DNA of 58,913 nucleotides, filler included. It is 7 parts of 7 records of this genome, joined end to end, with 100 filler letters (N's around TTAATTAATTAA, not from the genome) between each part and the next. Parts side by side here need not be neighbours in the genome. Positions count along the whole stretch, not along the records: positions 1 to 5,956 come from DRR723986_15471; positions 6,057 to 11,749 come from DRR723986_15476; 5 more parts are not named here. One strand, written 5' to 3'. Positions 1-10,656 of this stretch are shown here, piece after piece. The notes under the pieces were generated by a model. It made no database searches and had not been told where the DNA came from. It saw nothing but the letters and a program-made list of their open reading frames with translations. Within the stretch, counting starts at the first letter, position 1. Every line of letters begins with the position of its first letter. The position numbers and the translations under genes are program-made.

Positions 1-83
1 TGGCGGGATCATTTTTTGGCAAGTGACAACTGGGTTTGGTCACCTTCGATGATTTTGCCTCATGTATAATTTGAGCACTAGCT
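1..83. repeat. Dispersed repeat, copy A (contig-end element; possible IS/MITE end)
   Basis: 77/83 identical to the reverse complement of 45175-45257; both copies are cut by a contig end at the same base. Confidence 0.85.
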
Positions 84-371
84 AGACAGATTTTTAGCTC
101 AACGCTGTAAGTACTTGCGGCAAGTTTAGGCATTTGAAATTGAATAGCTCAAAGCTGTATTAACGGCAGTGCCTGAGGCAGCGTTTCTGAGCTTATTAAT
201 TGCGCGTTCTCTTCGTCGGAAAACCGAGTGTAATTTCTCCGCTCGATTATTCCGTCATCACCAAACTTCCTGAAGATGTTTTACATCTAAATCTTTAAGC
301 CAAGCTCTATAAGAACCACGTCGGTCGGTTGCAATTTCTGCCGTCCAACCAACTTAGTCTGACGGAGTCCC

Positions 372-1019
372 TTAAAGCCCACCAAGGTCGACGATAAATT
401 CAGCCACTTCTTTCACGCCCTTACCATCCTTTATATTGGTAAAAATGAAAGGCTTTTCGCCTCGCATTTTTTTGCTGTCACGGTCCATCACTTCAAGGCT
501 CGCACCCACATACTGCGCCAAGTCAATTTTATTGATGACGAGCAAGTCTGATTTGGTGATGCCTGGCCCACCTTTCCTAGGTATTTTGTCACCGGCACAA
601 ACATCAATTACATAAATGGTAATGTCAGCGAGCTCTGGTGAAAAAGTAGCCGCCAAGTTATCGCCACCGCTTTCGATAATCACCAAATCAAGGTCAGGAA
701 TGCGGTCATTCATTTCGCGGATTGCCGCCATGTTAATCGATGCATCTTCACGAATAGCCGTATGCGGGCACCCTCCTGTTTCAACACCCATGATACGCTC
801 AACCGGCAAGGCGCCCGAGCGTGTTAAAAACTCGGCGTCTTCCTTTGTGTATATATCGTTGGTGATTGCGGCGACAGAATATGTATCCCGCATATGTTTA
901 CATAGAGCATCCGTCAGCGCTGTTTTGCCGGACCCCACAGGCCCACCAATACCAACGCGCAAGGGCCCTGTATGTGTTTTAACGTTAGAATTTTCAGTAA
1001 CAGATGTAGTTTTAGTCAT
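372..1019 (-). CDS. ureG: Urease accessory GTPase UreG
   Basis: P-loop [12 protein letters not shown] Ni motif ([13 protein letters not shown]), NKID. Confidence 0.98.
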   Translation of the reverse strand: MTKTTSVTENSNVKTHTGPLRVGIGGPVGSGKTALTDALCKHMRDTYSVAAITNDIYTKEDAEFLTRSGALPVERIMGVETGGCPHTAIREDASINMAAIREMNDRIPDLDLVIIESGGDNLAATFSPELADITIYVIDVCAGDKIPRKGGPGITKSDLLVINKIDLAQYVGASLEVMDRDSKKMRGEKPFIFTNIKDGKGVKEVAEFIVDLGGL

Positions 1020-1708
1020 GACCTAAAAAGCCTTGTATATTGTGTTTCATGTTTCATTGAGCCAATGTCCGCCATCAATGTGTTTGTTGAGAGATCGTCT
1101 AGGCTCGCCGCTTGCGCTCTAATTACTACATCGGGGATAACCTCAGCGAGGGCCGCTGTTATCACCTGACCGTCCGTTTGGCCCAGCGGAATAAGCCGCA
1201 CCGCAGCAGATGCCATGTTAGCAGCAAACGCGTGCAAATAAGCATATACCACCGCTTCAAGCGGAATTGCATGCGCCTTTGCTGCCATGCCCACCACCAC
1301 TGGATAAGGATAGGGTGGGGCGTAATTTTTTTGCAAGTTGGTTAAAGCGTCAGAAGGCCAAGCCTTTTCGGTGATTTCAAGAAATGCCGCGCCTTGCATG
1401 GTGCTCTCAAGTGCTAATTCCGCAGTGGGAATAAAAGCATTAGAAAACTCAAGCAAACCCTCCAGCGTTTTTTCATCATCTCCGGCCCGATATGCATGCG
1501 ACAGCACAACTGCGTCCACAAATCCGTCACCGTCCACTATGATTTGGGTGATCCATTCACGAGTGTCATCTGCATTATTGACCCAACCAGCTTCCACGCC
1601 GTGCTCCAAAGCATGGCTGTAAGTGTATGCACCCACCGGATAAGACGGGGAAAGCCAGGTCATTAATTGGCAAAGCGCACTTCCAGTAAGCCCCAATTCA
1701 GTGCTCAT
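1016..1708 (-). CDS. ureF: Urease accessory protein UreF
   Basis: [25 protein letters not shown]-terminal [11 protein letters not shown]; start moved to ATG 1708 overlapping the ureE end. Confidence 0.96.
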   Translation of the reverse strand: MSTELGLTGSALCQLMTWLSPSYPVGAYTYSHALEHGVEAGWVNNADDTREWITQIIVDGDGFVDAVVLSHAYRAGDDEKTLEGLLEFSNAFIPTAELALESTMQGAAFLEITEKAWPSDALTNLQKNYAPPYPYPVVVGMAAKAHAIPLEAVVYAYLHAFAANMASAAVRLIPLGQTDGQVITAALAEVIPDVVIRAQAASLDDLSTNTLMADIGSMKHETQYTRLFRS

Positions 1709-2192
1709 GTGAATGGCCGTCTTCATGAAGATGATCATGGCTATTAAAACGGCGGTGACCACCGTAAGCACCGCCTTCAGGGTCAAAAGGTGCGTTAATC
1801 ACCTCTGCACCTGCGCCCAGCCCGCTTACCATATCAAGGATAACCTTATCGTAGCAAATGCGCAGGCAGTCGCCATCGATTTGGGTTGGCAGATGCCGGT
1901 TTCCCAAGTGCCATGAAACGCGCAGCAAATGCGTAGGATTTTCACAGCGGATTTCAATAAGTTTCTCGGACGCGGCCACTACTTCGATTAAGCAACCATC
2001 ATTTGCTTCTAATGCGTCACCTGTGTGAAGGTGCTTTGCTTCTTTCAAGCTCATCAGCACTTTGGTACCCTTTTCACCGGTCAGTAATATACGCCTTCTA
2101 AAGCGGTCTTCATATGATAATATTACCCGGTCAAAGGCCACGCCCGACCAATCACCTTTAGCTTTGACAGTATGTGCTGTTAAATCGGCCAT
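1698..2192 (-). CDS. ureE: Urease accessory nickel chaperone UreE
   Basis: WHLGNRHLP motif, FDPEGGAY, His-rich tail [13 protein letters not shown]. Confidence 0.97.
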   Translation of the reverse strand: MADLTAHTVKAKGDWSGVAFDRVILSYEDRFRRRILLTGEKGTKVLMSLKEAKHLHTGDALEANDGCLIEVVAASEKLIEIRCENPTHLLRVSWHLGNRHLPTQIDGDCLRICYDKVILDMVSGLGAGAEVINAPFDPEGGAYGGHRRFNSHDHLHEDGHSHEH

Positions 2193-2203
2193 TCGCGCCT
2201 CGC

Positions 2204-3916
2204 CTAAAACATGAAATAGCGCTGGGCCATGGGCAGCACTTTTGCAGGTTCGCAGGTTAATATTTCGCCGTCAGCCTTCACTTCATACGTTTCAGGGTCA
2301 ACGGTTACATCTGGTGCATGGTTATTATGAATCATAGCCGATTTATTCACCGCACCGCGGGTGTCTTTCACTGCGATCAATTGCTTCCGCAAACCATAAA
2401 GGTCACCGATCCCACTCGACAAACCCGCTTCAGAAACAAAGGTCACACTGGAGGCTGTTAGGCTTGCACCAAAAGCCCCGAACATAGGGCGGTAGTGCAC
2501 GGGTTGTGGTGTTGGGATAGATGCGTTTGGGTCTCCCATCAACGCGGCAGCAATGGTCCCCATTTTCAAAATCAGATCAGGCTTCACGCCAAAGAAAGCC
2601 GGTGACCACAAAACAAGATCTGCAAGCTTACCAACTTCCACCGAGCCTATATGCGCGCCCATACCGTGGGTGATTGCAGGATTAATAGTATATTTTGCGA
2701 TATAGCGTTTTACACGGACATTATCATTATCGCCGATTTCTTCGGGCAAACTGCCCCGCTGACGCTTCATTTTATCTGCGGTTTGCCATGTGCGGATGAT
2801 AACTTCACCCACGCGACCCATTGCTTGACTATCCGATGCAATTATCGAAAAGGCCCCCATATCGTGCAATATGTCTTCGGCGGCAATCGTTTCCTTGCGA
2901 ATGCGGCTTTCCGCAAAAGCTATATCTTCCGGGATTGAAGGATCAAGATGATGACAGACCATCAGCATATCCAAATGTTCTTCAACCGTATTAACAGTAT
3001 AAGGGCGGGTTGGGTTTGTTGAAGAAGGAATGAAATTCTCATACCCCACAACCTTGATAATATCTGGCGCATGGCCACCACCGGCGCCTTCCGTATGAAA
3101 AGCATGAATTGTGCGGCCGTTTATGGCCTTGATTGTGTCTTCCACAAATCCGCTTTCATTGAGCGTGTCTGTGTGAATCATCACCTGCACGTCCATCTCG
3201 TCTGCCACGCTCAAACAGGTATCGATAGCCGCTGGCGTGGTGCCCCAGTCTTCATGTAGTTTAAGGGCGCAGGCACCTGCTTTAATCTGCTCTTCAAGCG
3301 CGGCTGGCGTGCTTGCGTTGCCTTTACCCGCGAACGCCAAATTCATTGGGAAGGCCTCAGCAGACTGCAACATGCGTTCAATGTGCCACGGACCCGGCGT
3401 ACAGGTGGTGGCATTGGTGCCGGTCGCCGGGCCTGTGCCGCCGCCCAGCATGGTGGTAACACCGCTCATCAGCGCTTCTTCAATTTGCTGCGGGCATATA
3501 TAATGGATATGTGCATCAAAACCACCAGCGGTTAGGATCTTGCCTTCGCCAGCGATTGCCTCGGTTCCCGGCCCAACAATAAAGTCCACACCGTCCTGTA
3601 CATCGGGGTTGCCGCCTTTACCAATGGCGTGAATACGCCCATCCTTAAGGCCGACATCTGCTTTAACAATACTCGTGTGGTCAATGATCAACGCATTGGT
3701 GATGATAGTATCCACTGCGCCGTGAGCGCGGGTGGTTTGAGATTGCCCCATACCGTCGCGAATAACCTTACCACCACCAAATTTCACTTCGTTGCCATAG
3801 GTGGTGAAATCCTTCTCCACCTCTACAAACAGTTCCGTGTCTGCAAGGCGAACTTTATCGCCCACTGTGGGACCAAACATAGCGGCGTAATCGCTGCGTT
3901 TCATCGTGTAAGCCAT
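2204..3916 (-). CDS. ureC: Urease subunit alpha
   Basis: [44 protein letters not shown]; 570 aa. Confidence 0.99.
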   Translation of the reverse strand: MAYTMKRSDYAAMFGPTVGDKVRLADTELFVEVEKDFTTYGNEVKFGGGKVIRDGMGQSQTTRAHGAVDTIITNALIIDHTSIVKADVGLKDGRIHAIGKGGNPDVQDGVDFIVGPGTEAIAGEGKILTAGGFDAHIHYICPQQIEEALMSGVTTMLGGGTGPATGTNATTCTPGPWHIERMLQSAEAFPMNLAFAGKGNASTPAALEEQIKAGACALKLHEDWGTTPAAIDTCLSVADEMDVQVMIHTDTLNESGFVEDTIKAINGRTIHAFHTEGAGGGHAPDIIKVVGYENFIPSSTNPTRPYTVNTVEEHLDMLMVCHHLDPSIPEDIAFAESRIRKETIAAEDILHDMGAFSIIASDSQAMGRVGEVIIRTWQTADKMKRQRGSLPEEIGDNDNVRVKRYIAKYTINPAITHGMGAHIGSVEVGKLADLVLWSPAFFGVKPDLILKMGTIAAALMGDPNASIPTPQPVHYRPMFGAFGASLTASSVTFVSEAGLSSGIGDLYGLRKQLIAVKDTRGAVNKSAMIHNNHAPDVTVDPETYEVKADGEILTCEPAKVLPMAQRYFMF

Positions 3917-4236
3917 TAGTCAAGCGCCCCCATTATTTTCCCCTGGAACCCAACAGCCTTCCGTTCGCCGCCGAATGGTATCAAGCGCACATCGCGCTCC
4001 ATACCTGGCTCGAACCGCACAGCTGTGCCTGCTGGAATATCAAGACGCAGCCCTTTCGCGGCAGCGCGATCAAACACAAGGCCAGCGTTAACCTCAAAAA
4101 AATGATAGTGGCTTCCAACCTGCACGGGCCTATCGCCCGAATTTGCAACGGTCAGAAAAGTTACTTCACAGCCTTCATTCAGAGTGATTTCACCCTCACC
4201 AGCTATGACTTGTCCAGGTATCATTTTACGTGTCAT
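3916..4236 (-). CDS. ureB: Urease subunit beta
   Basis: [32 protein letters not shown]. Confidence 0.98.
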   Translation of the reverse strand: MTRKMIPGQVIAGEGEITLNEGCEVTFLTVANSGDRPVQVGSHYHFFEVNAGLVFDRAAAKGLRLDIPAGTAVRFEPGMERDVRLIPFGGERKAVGFQGKIMGALD

Positions 4237-4245
4237 ATCAGCCCC

Positions 4246-4548
4246 CTAGCGAATTGGTTCATGCACGGTGACAAGCTTGGTGCCGTCCGGAAAAGTGGCT
4301 TCCACTTGAACGTCATGGATCATTTCGGGCACCCCATCCATCACTTGCTCCCGCGTGATAACCTCTGCCCCAGCAGCCATTAATTCGGCGACTGACCTAC
4401 CATCCCGCGCGCCTTCGACCACAAAATCAGTGATCAGCGCCACTGCTTCCGGATAATTCAGCTTTACGCCGCGCGCTAAGCGCCTTTCGGCTACCATGGC
4501 TGCAACGCTTATGAGCAGTTTGTCTTTTTCTCTTGGGGTCAGGTTCAT
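4246..4548 (-). CDS. ureA: Urease subunit gamma
   Basis: [11 protein letters not shown]...[17 protein letters not shown]. Confidence 0.99.
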   Translation of the reverse strand: MNLTPREKDKLLISVAAMVAERRLARGVKLNYPEAVALITDFVVEGARDGRSVAELMAAGAEVITREQVMDGVPEMIHDVQVEATFPDGTKLVTVHEPIR

Positions 4549-4581
4549 GGTAAGTTCCTTAGGGTTAGAAATTCAAATTCA

Positions 4582-5454
4582 TCAGAAAATCCAGCGCGGC
4601 AAGATAGCCTGCGTAACGCCCATGGAGCCAAGCATATGCTGATCTGCCACAGCACATACCTCGGCCATTATTCTTCTTAGCGCTTTTGCCTCTTGCGATG
4701 CAAAACGGATCACAAGCACCTGCCCGCGCAAGCTACAACCGGCTGCAATAGAGCTTTGATCTTCAAGAATGTCACGCACAGGTTTTTTTAGGGCTTCCGC
4801 ATCAGCACCGATATAAAACAAGGAAGCATATGCAACTGAATTTGCAAGCTGGGCTTTGCCGCGCGCGGAGTTTACCATTTCACCGCCTAGTTTAAAGCCA
4901 TCGGCAAAGGCCAGCTTACCACCCACGCGGATACGCCAGCGATCAAACAAATTGCACCGAGCAACCTGTTCGCTCATGGCGGTACGGCCAAGCACTATCA
5001 TTTCACAGCCTAAAAACTGCGCGCCTTCTGCAACTTCAATATCAAATTTTCGGTGAACGGCGCCGCCGTCAAACAGAATGGTTTCTTGCGGCAACCAATA
5101 AAGGCATGCATTCGCATGGAGCTTTAGAGAGGTGTCGATACTTGCTGGCTTATCGATATCCCGCGCACGGTAAACACGTTCGGCTGCTTGCGTCGTTAAC
5201 GCCAATTCTGCATTTTCTAAAATATCAACATACGTGGTAAGTTTGTCGCCATCAGCAATACCCCCTGTGGTGTTTATCAACACACCGCGCTTGGGCCCTG
5301 CTTCATGCATTTGTGGAAAACGTGCCTTCAAGCAGCCATCCTGCAACAAATGGACAAGGCCAGTAGTATGACCTTTTTTGGAAACACAGAATTCCAGCCT
5401 GCCTTCAGAGCGTTCCAGTAGGACCAGATCATCAACGGATGCATCTAAGGGCAT
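4582..5454 (-). CDS. ureD: Urease accessory protein UreD/UreH
   Basis: INTTGGIADGD, TTQAAERVYRA, WLPQETILFDG; immediately upstream of ureA. Confidence 0.96.
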   Translation of the reverse strand: MPLDASVDDLVLLERSEGRLEFCVSKKGHTTGLVHLLQDGCLKARFPQMHEAGPKRGVLINTTGGIADGDKLTTYVDILENAELALTTQAAERVYRARDIDKPASIDTSLKLHANACLYWLPQETILFDGGAVHRKFDIEVAEGAQFLGCEMIVLGRTAMSEQVARCNLFDRWRIRVGGKLAFADGFKLGGEMVNSARGKAQLANSVAYASLFYIGADAEALKKPVRDILEDQSSIAAGCSLRGQVLVIRFASQEAKALRRIMAEVCAVADQHMLGSMGVTQAILPRWIF

Positions 5455-5655
5455 TTAGCGCTGAGAACGCTTCACAGTAAAACGCCATGCCAGTAACGCA
5501 CCTGAGGCCAACAATAATGCGCCTAAATGCAGGGGTTCAGAAAGAAAATGCATTATAGCTTCAATGAAGGCAAGGGTGCCATGATCCCCAGCGTGCGCGC
5601 TAGCTGCACTTGAAACGGCCACAATAGCACCAAGTGAAGAGATACTTTTAAGCAT
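5455..5655 (-). CDS. Small His-containing membrane/secreted protein resembling the N-terminus of HupE/UreJ
   Basis: Signal peptide ending ASA, then HAGDHG, HFLSEPLHL and one TM helix; stop codon abuts the ureD ATG; AAGGA upstream. Confidence 0.75.
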   Translation of the reverse strand: MLKSISSLGAIVAVSSAASAHAGDHGTLAFIEAIMHFLSEPLHLGALLLASGALLAWRFTVKRSQR

Positions 5656-5713
5656 CAGATAAGTCCTTTTCTAACAGCTTTAAATTTTCTCTCCGGCACC
5701 AACTTGACTTAAC

Positions 5714-5742
5714 GATTTCGTTACCTCCCAAATAACGAAATC
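5714..5742. promoter_or_regulatory. Perfect 10-bp inverted repeat upstream of the urease operon
   Basis: GATTTCGTTA-cctcccaaa-TAACGAAATC. Confidence 0.45.
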
Positions 5743-5956
5743 TCATCAAACTGATGTGTTTAACTTATGCAACTCCGATCCAAATAGTCAAGCTCCACTA
5801 TTTTGATAGCACTCCGAGCCCGCTTCTCGCACATACTCCTCGTGAGAGCTTTTCATAATCGGATACAAATTTTTGTAAGAAACGTTTGTCCCCAAACAAA
5901 ACAGGCTAGAGGTCACTTTGAAGAACCTGCCCAGAACGTTGCGGGCAGGAATGGAC

Positions 5957-6056
5957 NNNNNNNNNNNNNNNNNNNNNNNNNNNNNNNNNNNNNNNNNNNN
6001 TTAATTAATTAANNNNNNNNNNNNNNNNNNNNNNNNNNNNNNNNNNNNNNNNNNNN
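5957..6056. other. Artificial contig linker
   Basis: N44-TTAATTAATTAA-N44, giving stops in all six frames. Confidence 0.99.
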
Positions 6057-9000
6057 CAGCCGGCGGAGGCACAATCGCCACCGTCATGCTTGTTGAGCCC
6101 ATATCGCCGGAACCATCATGTGTCCAGGTAAAGGTTGCTACCGTCGTTGTACTACCATTGTAGATAATACTGACAGCATGGGCATCTGTAACTGCAATCG
6201 GTGAAAACGTGAATGTCGTTCCCGCAGTAATAACCACTTCAGGAATATCAACCGTCATCGTCACTGTTGTAGTGAAGAAGAAGATTGGGAACGTGTTATT
6301 ACCAGTAGCCGTGAGGTGGTTAAAGCCGTCAAAAGATGACAGACTCACGCTGAAGGTTGTAGTAGGTGTCGGTACCAAAGTAGTATTACCCTGGTTAAAA
6401 CCGTCCGTTCCAATGCCTTCGCCGGAATTACCACCAATCACACCGTTCATCGTACTGACGCCAATTTGGTTGGTCGTCGGAGTCAAAACAGTGAGAGTTA
6501 CGGTTGTGGCCGAAACATCGCTGTTGGTTGCTGTGACACTAAAGTTAGCCCCGCGTGCAAACAATGCGTTATTGTCAACCCGGAAGGTACTAGTTGTAAC
6601 TGCGTTGGTAGTTGTATACACAGGCTCGGTATTACCGGTCGTTACAACCGCCATATCTCCAAAACCAGTGAACAACGACATTTCAGCCGTAATGGTCGAC
6701 TTGGATGCAACCGGACCGGCAAAGTTCATTGACGCCGAGGTAACCGTGAGGGTCGTCGACAAACGCGCTCCGCCGTAACCGGCGGGCCCGATAATAAATC
6801 GATTTCCGAATCCTGTTGCATCGTCAGCGTTAAAACCGGAGTTGTCGTCCGTCGCAGTTGTGCTCATTGCCAGCGCCGAAGGCGGCGTTGGGCAAATTGT
6901 TACCGTAATGGTTGTCGTGATGAGGGTACCATTCCCCTCCTCGGCGCCACCACCAGCAGTTAAACTCAATGTGAAAGTTGTTACAGTTTCACCCAACCAG
7001 GCAAACTGCAACACACCACTACGCAAAGAAGCCGTCGAGCTAAGTTTCACCACTGCAGAGGTTGAAGTAACCGCTGGTCCAGCGGCCCACACACCACCAA
7101 CACCAACAATTGTTGGTTTAATGGCTGGATTCGACGGGAATGGACTATCAACAATTCGCATTGTTGCCTGGCCGAAGCGTTGCTCGTTCGCAAGCATCAA
7201 GTCTGCGCTGGTAGCGCTACGACACTCGGGGAAGCTGAAACTCGCGAAGTTCGCATTAAAGATCTGCTGATTAGTAATCAGCAATTCACCGCCGTTAAAA
7301 TTGTCGGCGTTATTTATGGCGCTCGTAGACCATGCCAGCCATTTGGCCGGCGGCTGTGTAATTGCCAATGTAACTGTTGTGGATGCCAGGCCGGAGTTGG
7401 CGGCGCTAACCGTCAAGTTCCCAATGCTAGGAGCGTCACCCTTATACACAAGGGTCACGGTCGTTGTATAAACCGCTGTACTAGTGTTCAAAGGCACGAT
7501 GCTCGCAACCGAAGAACCTTCGCCCAAATCATAGCTGATCACGGCATTCGTAGCCGTCGTTACAGCCGTCTGGCATTCAGTCGTGCCATCATAGGCCCAG
7601 CTTGCAAACGTAACGACCAGATCGTATGTCTTGTTCGCAAACGTAATATTGCGCTCAGAAACGCCCTGTGTGCCTACGGTGGAACTAGTTGAGAATGCAA
7701 GAGTTGAAGGAGCTACCGGCAGGACGTCAATTGTCAACGTCGTTGTTCCCATTCCCGGTCCATCAGGAGTAATCGTCAGCACCGCCGTTGTAGCACCAGT
7801 TCCGGTGTAGCGAATGCCAATTGTTCCGGTTGTAGTTGCACCAGCATTACTGATCGATATCGAGGTTCCGGTAGTGAGCGTAGGTCCCTGCGCTCCTCCA
7901 CCTGTAAGTGTGACGGTAAATGTGGTCGAATACGTCCCTGAGGCAATATTACCTTCAGTTGCCGTCAGCACACCACAATTGTCAAACAAACCAAGCGTAT
8001 ACCCAAACAGTGTTGGATTCGTGCATGTTTCCATTTGGGCTGTTTGAGAACCACTGAAGATCCCACCGCTTCCCGTCGTTGAGCTGGTGCTAAACGCGAT
8101 AGCCTCAACATCAGGAACAAGCAGGTTCAAAGTCGCCGACGTTCCGATGAAGTTTGGATCGTCAAGTGAAACGGAGACTGTTGTCATCCGCTCGCCACCA
8201 TATTCAACCGCAAGCACTCCAAATACGCCCAAGAATGGCTGCTCAGGAATCGCATTGGCCGCAGTAGTTGTAAAGTTTGCCTGGGTTTCCGATGCAAGAT
8301 CAGTGATCAAATTCGCACCTGAAATAACATATGGAACTGAAAAGTCCGCAGTTGTAGCAGCGCGATCACCAAGCGGATTGAATGTTGCAACCGTCACCAG
8401 CATCGCATACAAACGCGATGGACTCACTCCATTGGTTGTACACTGCGTTGGCATACTGAATGTTGCCGACGTTTGAAGTCCATCAAAAAGTCCAAGAAGC
8501 CCCGACTGATTTGTCGTGGCGGAAGAACTGAAGGCGATCACGTTAGGAGGAACTGGTGAGACAGTCACGTCAGCCACAGTGGAGGTCAACACTGCGCCGG
8601 TAACTGAAGCCAGAGTCACCGGAATCGTTACCGGAGCCTCACCGCGATAAAAGAACTGCAATGTAGCCGTCGAAAAAGCATCGAGGTCAAATGCCGCCAA
8701 ACTGGCTTCCGTCGTACCAACAGCACTCGTGGCGTTGAACGAAACTCCACTTGCAGTTGAAATTTGAAACTCCAACTCAGTGTTTTGTGCAAGACCAGCT
8801 GGAAAGTTTTCATCGTTAATGCCCTGGTAGGCCACTTCAACCAAATCTTGTGATGTTGGTGTCAAAGTCTCCCAACCACTTAGATCGTAAGGGTTGAGGT
8901 CCGGCGCCGCTGACGTAGAGTACGCCAGTTTCGATGCCGGAGGGCCAACTATGATTTCCGCCGTAGTCGTCAGCACAGGATTGTTCCCCCCTGTGATCTG

Positions 9001-9531
9001 GCGAATGCGCATCGTCACCGTGACCGATGACGTAGAGGTGGAAATCACCGTCAGCGTCGTTGAACTTGTGAACTGACCGGCACCTGAGTTATAGGTAGCC
9101 TCGGTAGATCCAATGAATGAAACGTACTGAGCGTTCGTTCCTTCCAGTTGGTACTGGATAGTCTGGATACCACCATTAAAACAGGAGATAGAGTAATCAT
9201 TGACCTGCATTGAAGTCATGATTGAAACAAATGGAATTCCATTCCCTACGCGAGGCGTCGGGCTGAAAGCACCATTTGTACCTACTTCTCCATTAATGGA
9301 TCCATAGACCGCCTGACACGTTTGCGCAGCCACTTGCTGCGGTAGTGCCAAAACAAATAATGTTGCAACAGCAGCCATCAGCAAGCCCGCCACACGTCGT
9401 AATGACGTACGCCTGCTTACCGACCCAGCCAACGAAGCCGAACTTCGCCATGCTGAACTTGCTGTGGAACAATTCTTTGTCGGACGCATGTATTCATGCG
9501 CCGAACTGTTCAAAGAGTAATGAGTAGTCAT
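6057..9531 (-). CDS. Large Thr-rich secreted/surface protein with tandem beta-rich domains (3' truncated by contig end)
   Basis: ATG 9531 with GGAG RBS; signal-like RRVAGLLMAAVATLFVLALPQQVAA-Q; recurrent P-x(3-5)-(L/I)A(F/W/Y)STS motif every ~120-155 aa. Confidence 0.85.
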
Positions 9532-10656
9532 AGTACTACCAGCTCCAAAGAAAAAACAGGACCTACACGTGACCGACCTCAATGTCTAGATCACATAAGA
9601 AACGCTGCCAAACAGGAAGTCGAATATCTGCTTCCTGATCGACAAATTTTGTGGGCAAACCGTCAAACGCAAAAAAAGCGCGACACCTCAAAAAAATATC
9701 TGAGCATCACGCCTTGCATTAAGGCCAAATCGTAAGCTGGAATTGTGACAGGTGGGAATAGACAAATTCGGGCGCCTTAGCACTATGCGCCCTGGGGTAC
9801 GACGACTTCGCCCCCTTCTTTGCCTCTTTAATCTGTTCGCTAATGCAAAAAGCTGCAAACACCCTGCTGCCCGGCTTACTGCCGCTTGAATACTCAAACG
9901 GTCATGGATTACATATCCGCCATTCATACGCTGTACCGCTACATAATGCCACTCTGAGGTGGCTTAACGTCACTGGCACATCCTTGTCGTCGGTTGGTCC
10001 TTCCCACATTCACTTGCACAGATTTCCGCGGTTCTGCGCAGGTAGTCCTTCCGACAGAGAATGACGACGATTTGCGACGGCGAAAATACAGGATTTTTTT
10101 CAATGAGCAAGCCATAACAATTCACCAGAATCAGATTTAGCGAATAAATTCGACCAAAATCGGCCAAAAATCACCTGCTTCGTTACAAAATCGTACTACC
10201 CAAATCCAAAATCCTGCCCGCTGGTCACTCATAGGCAGAAATCTGGCACACCTTCAAATTTCCGCAAAACAAAACGTATATTTATGCCTGCTTCCAATGG
10301 AGACTGGTTCTGAAGCCTCAGACGTACAAGTTGGGTATGCGACGCGCGAACTCCGCCGCCCAATATGTCTTAGCATCTGTAGCATTGGTTCCAGCGCGCA
10401 TGCGCCTTTGGAATCATCCCCCTTGTACTTCCAGGCCTGGGCCCCTGGAGTACCGCACTGCTGCTCCCGGTTCTTATCTGAAGCAGCCCCCAATCGACAT
10501 CGATGAATTCACAAATAGCGCTGAGACTCACTTCACGAGTCCAACGGTCCCCTTCTATTTGCCAATTCGTGCCTTTTCCGCACTGTCGGACATTAGTCAA
10601 ATACGACTGTAGCTAAAATGGTCGTTTTCAGCTGTAATACTATAAATTGGTAGCAC

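Noticed and set aside
5768-5782. Sigma-54 promoter for the urease operon (minus strand TGGATCGGAGTTGCA)
   Set aside because: GG-to-GC spacing is 9 nt rather than the required 10.
9651-9685. c-di-GMP-I riboswitch-like words GGCAAACC and ACGCAAA
   Set aside because: Wrong strand for the downstream gene, and no GAAA-capped P2 stem between the two words.
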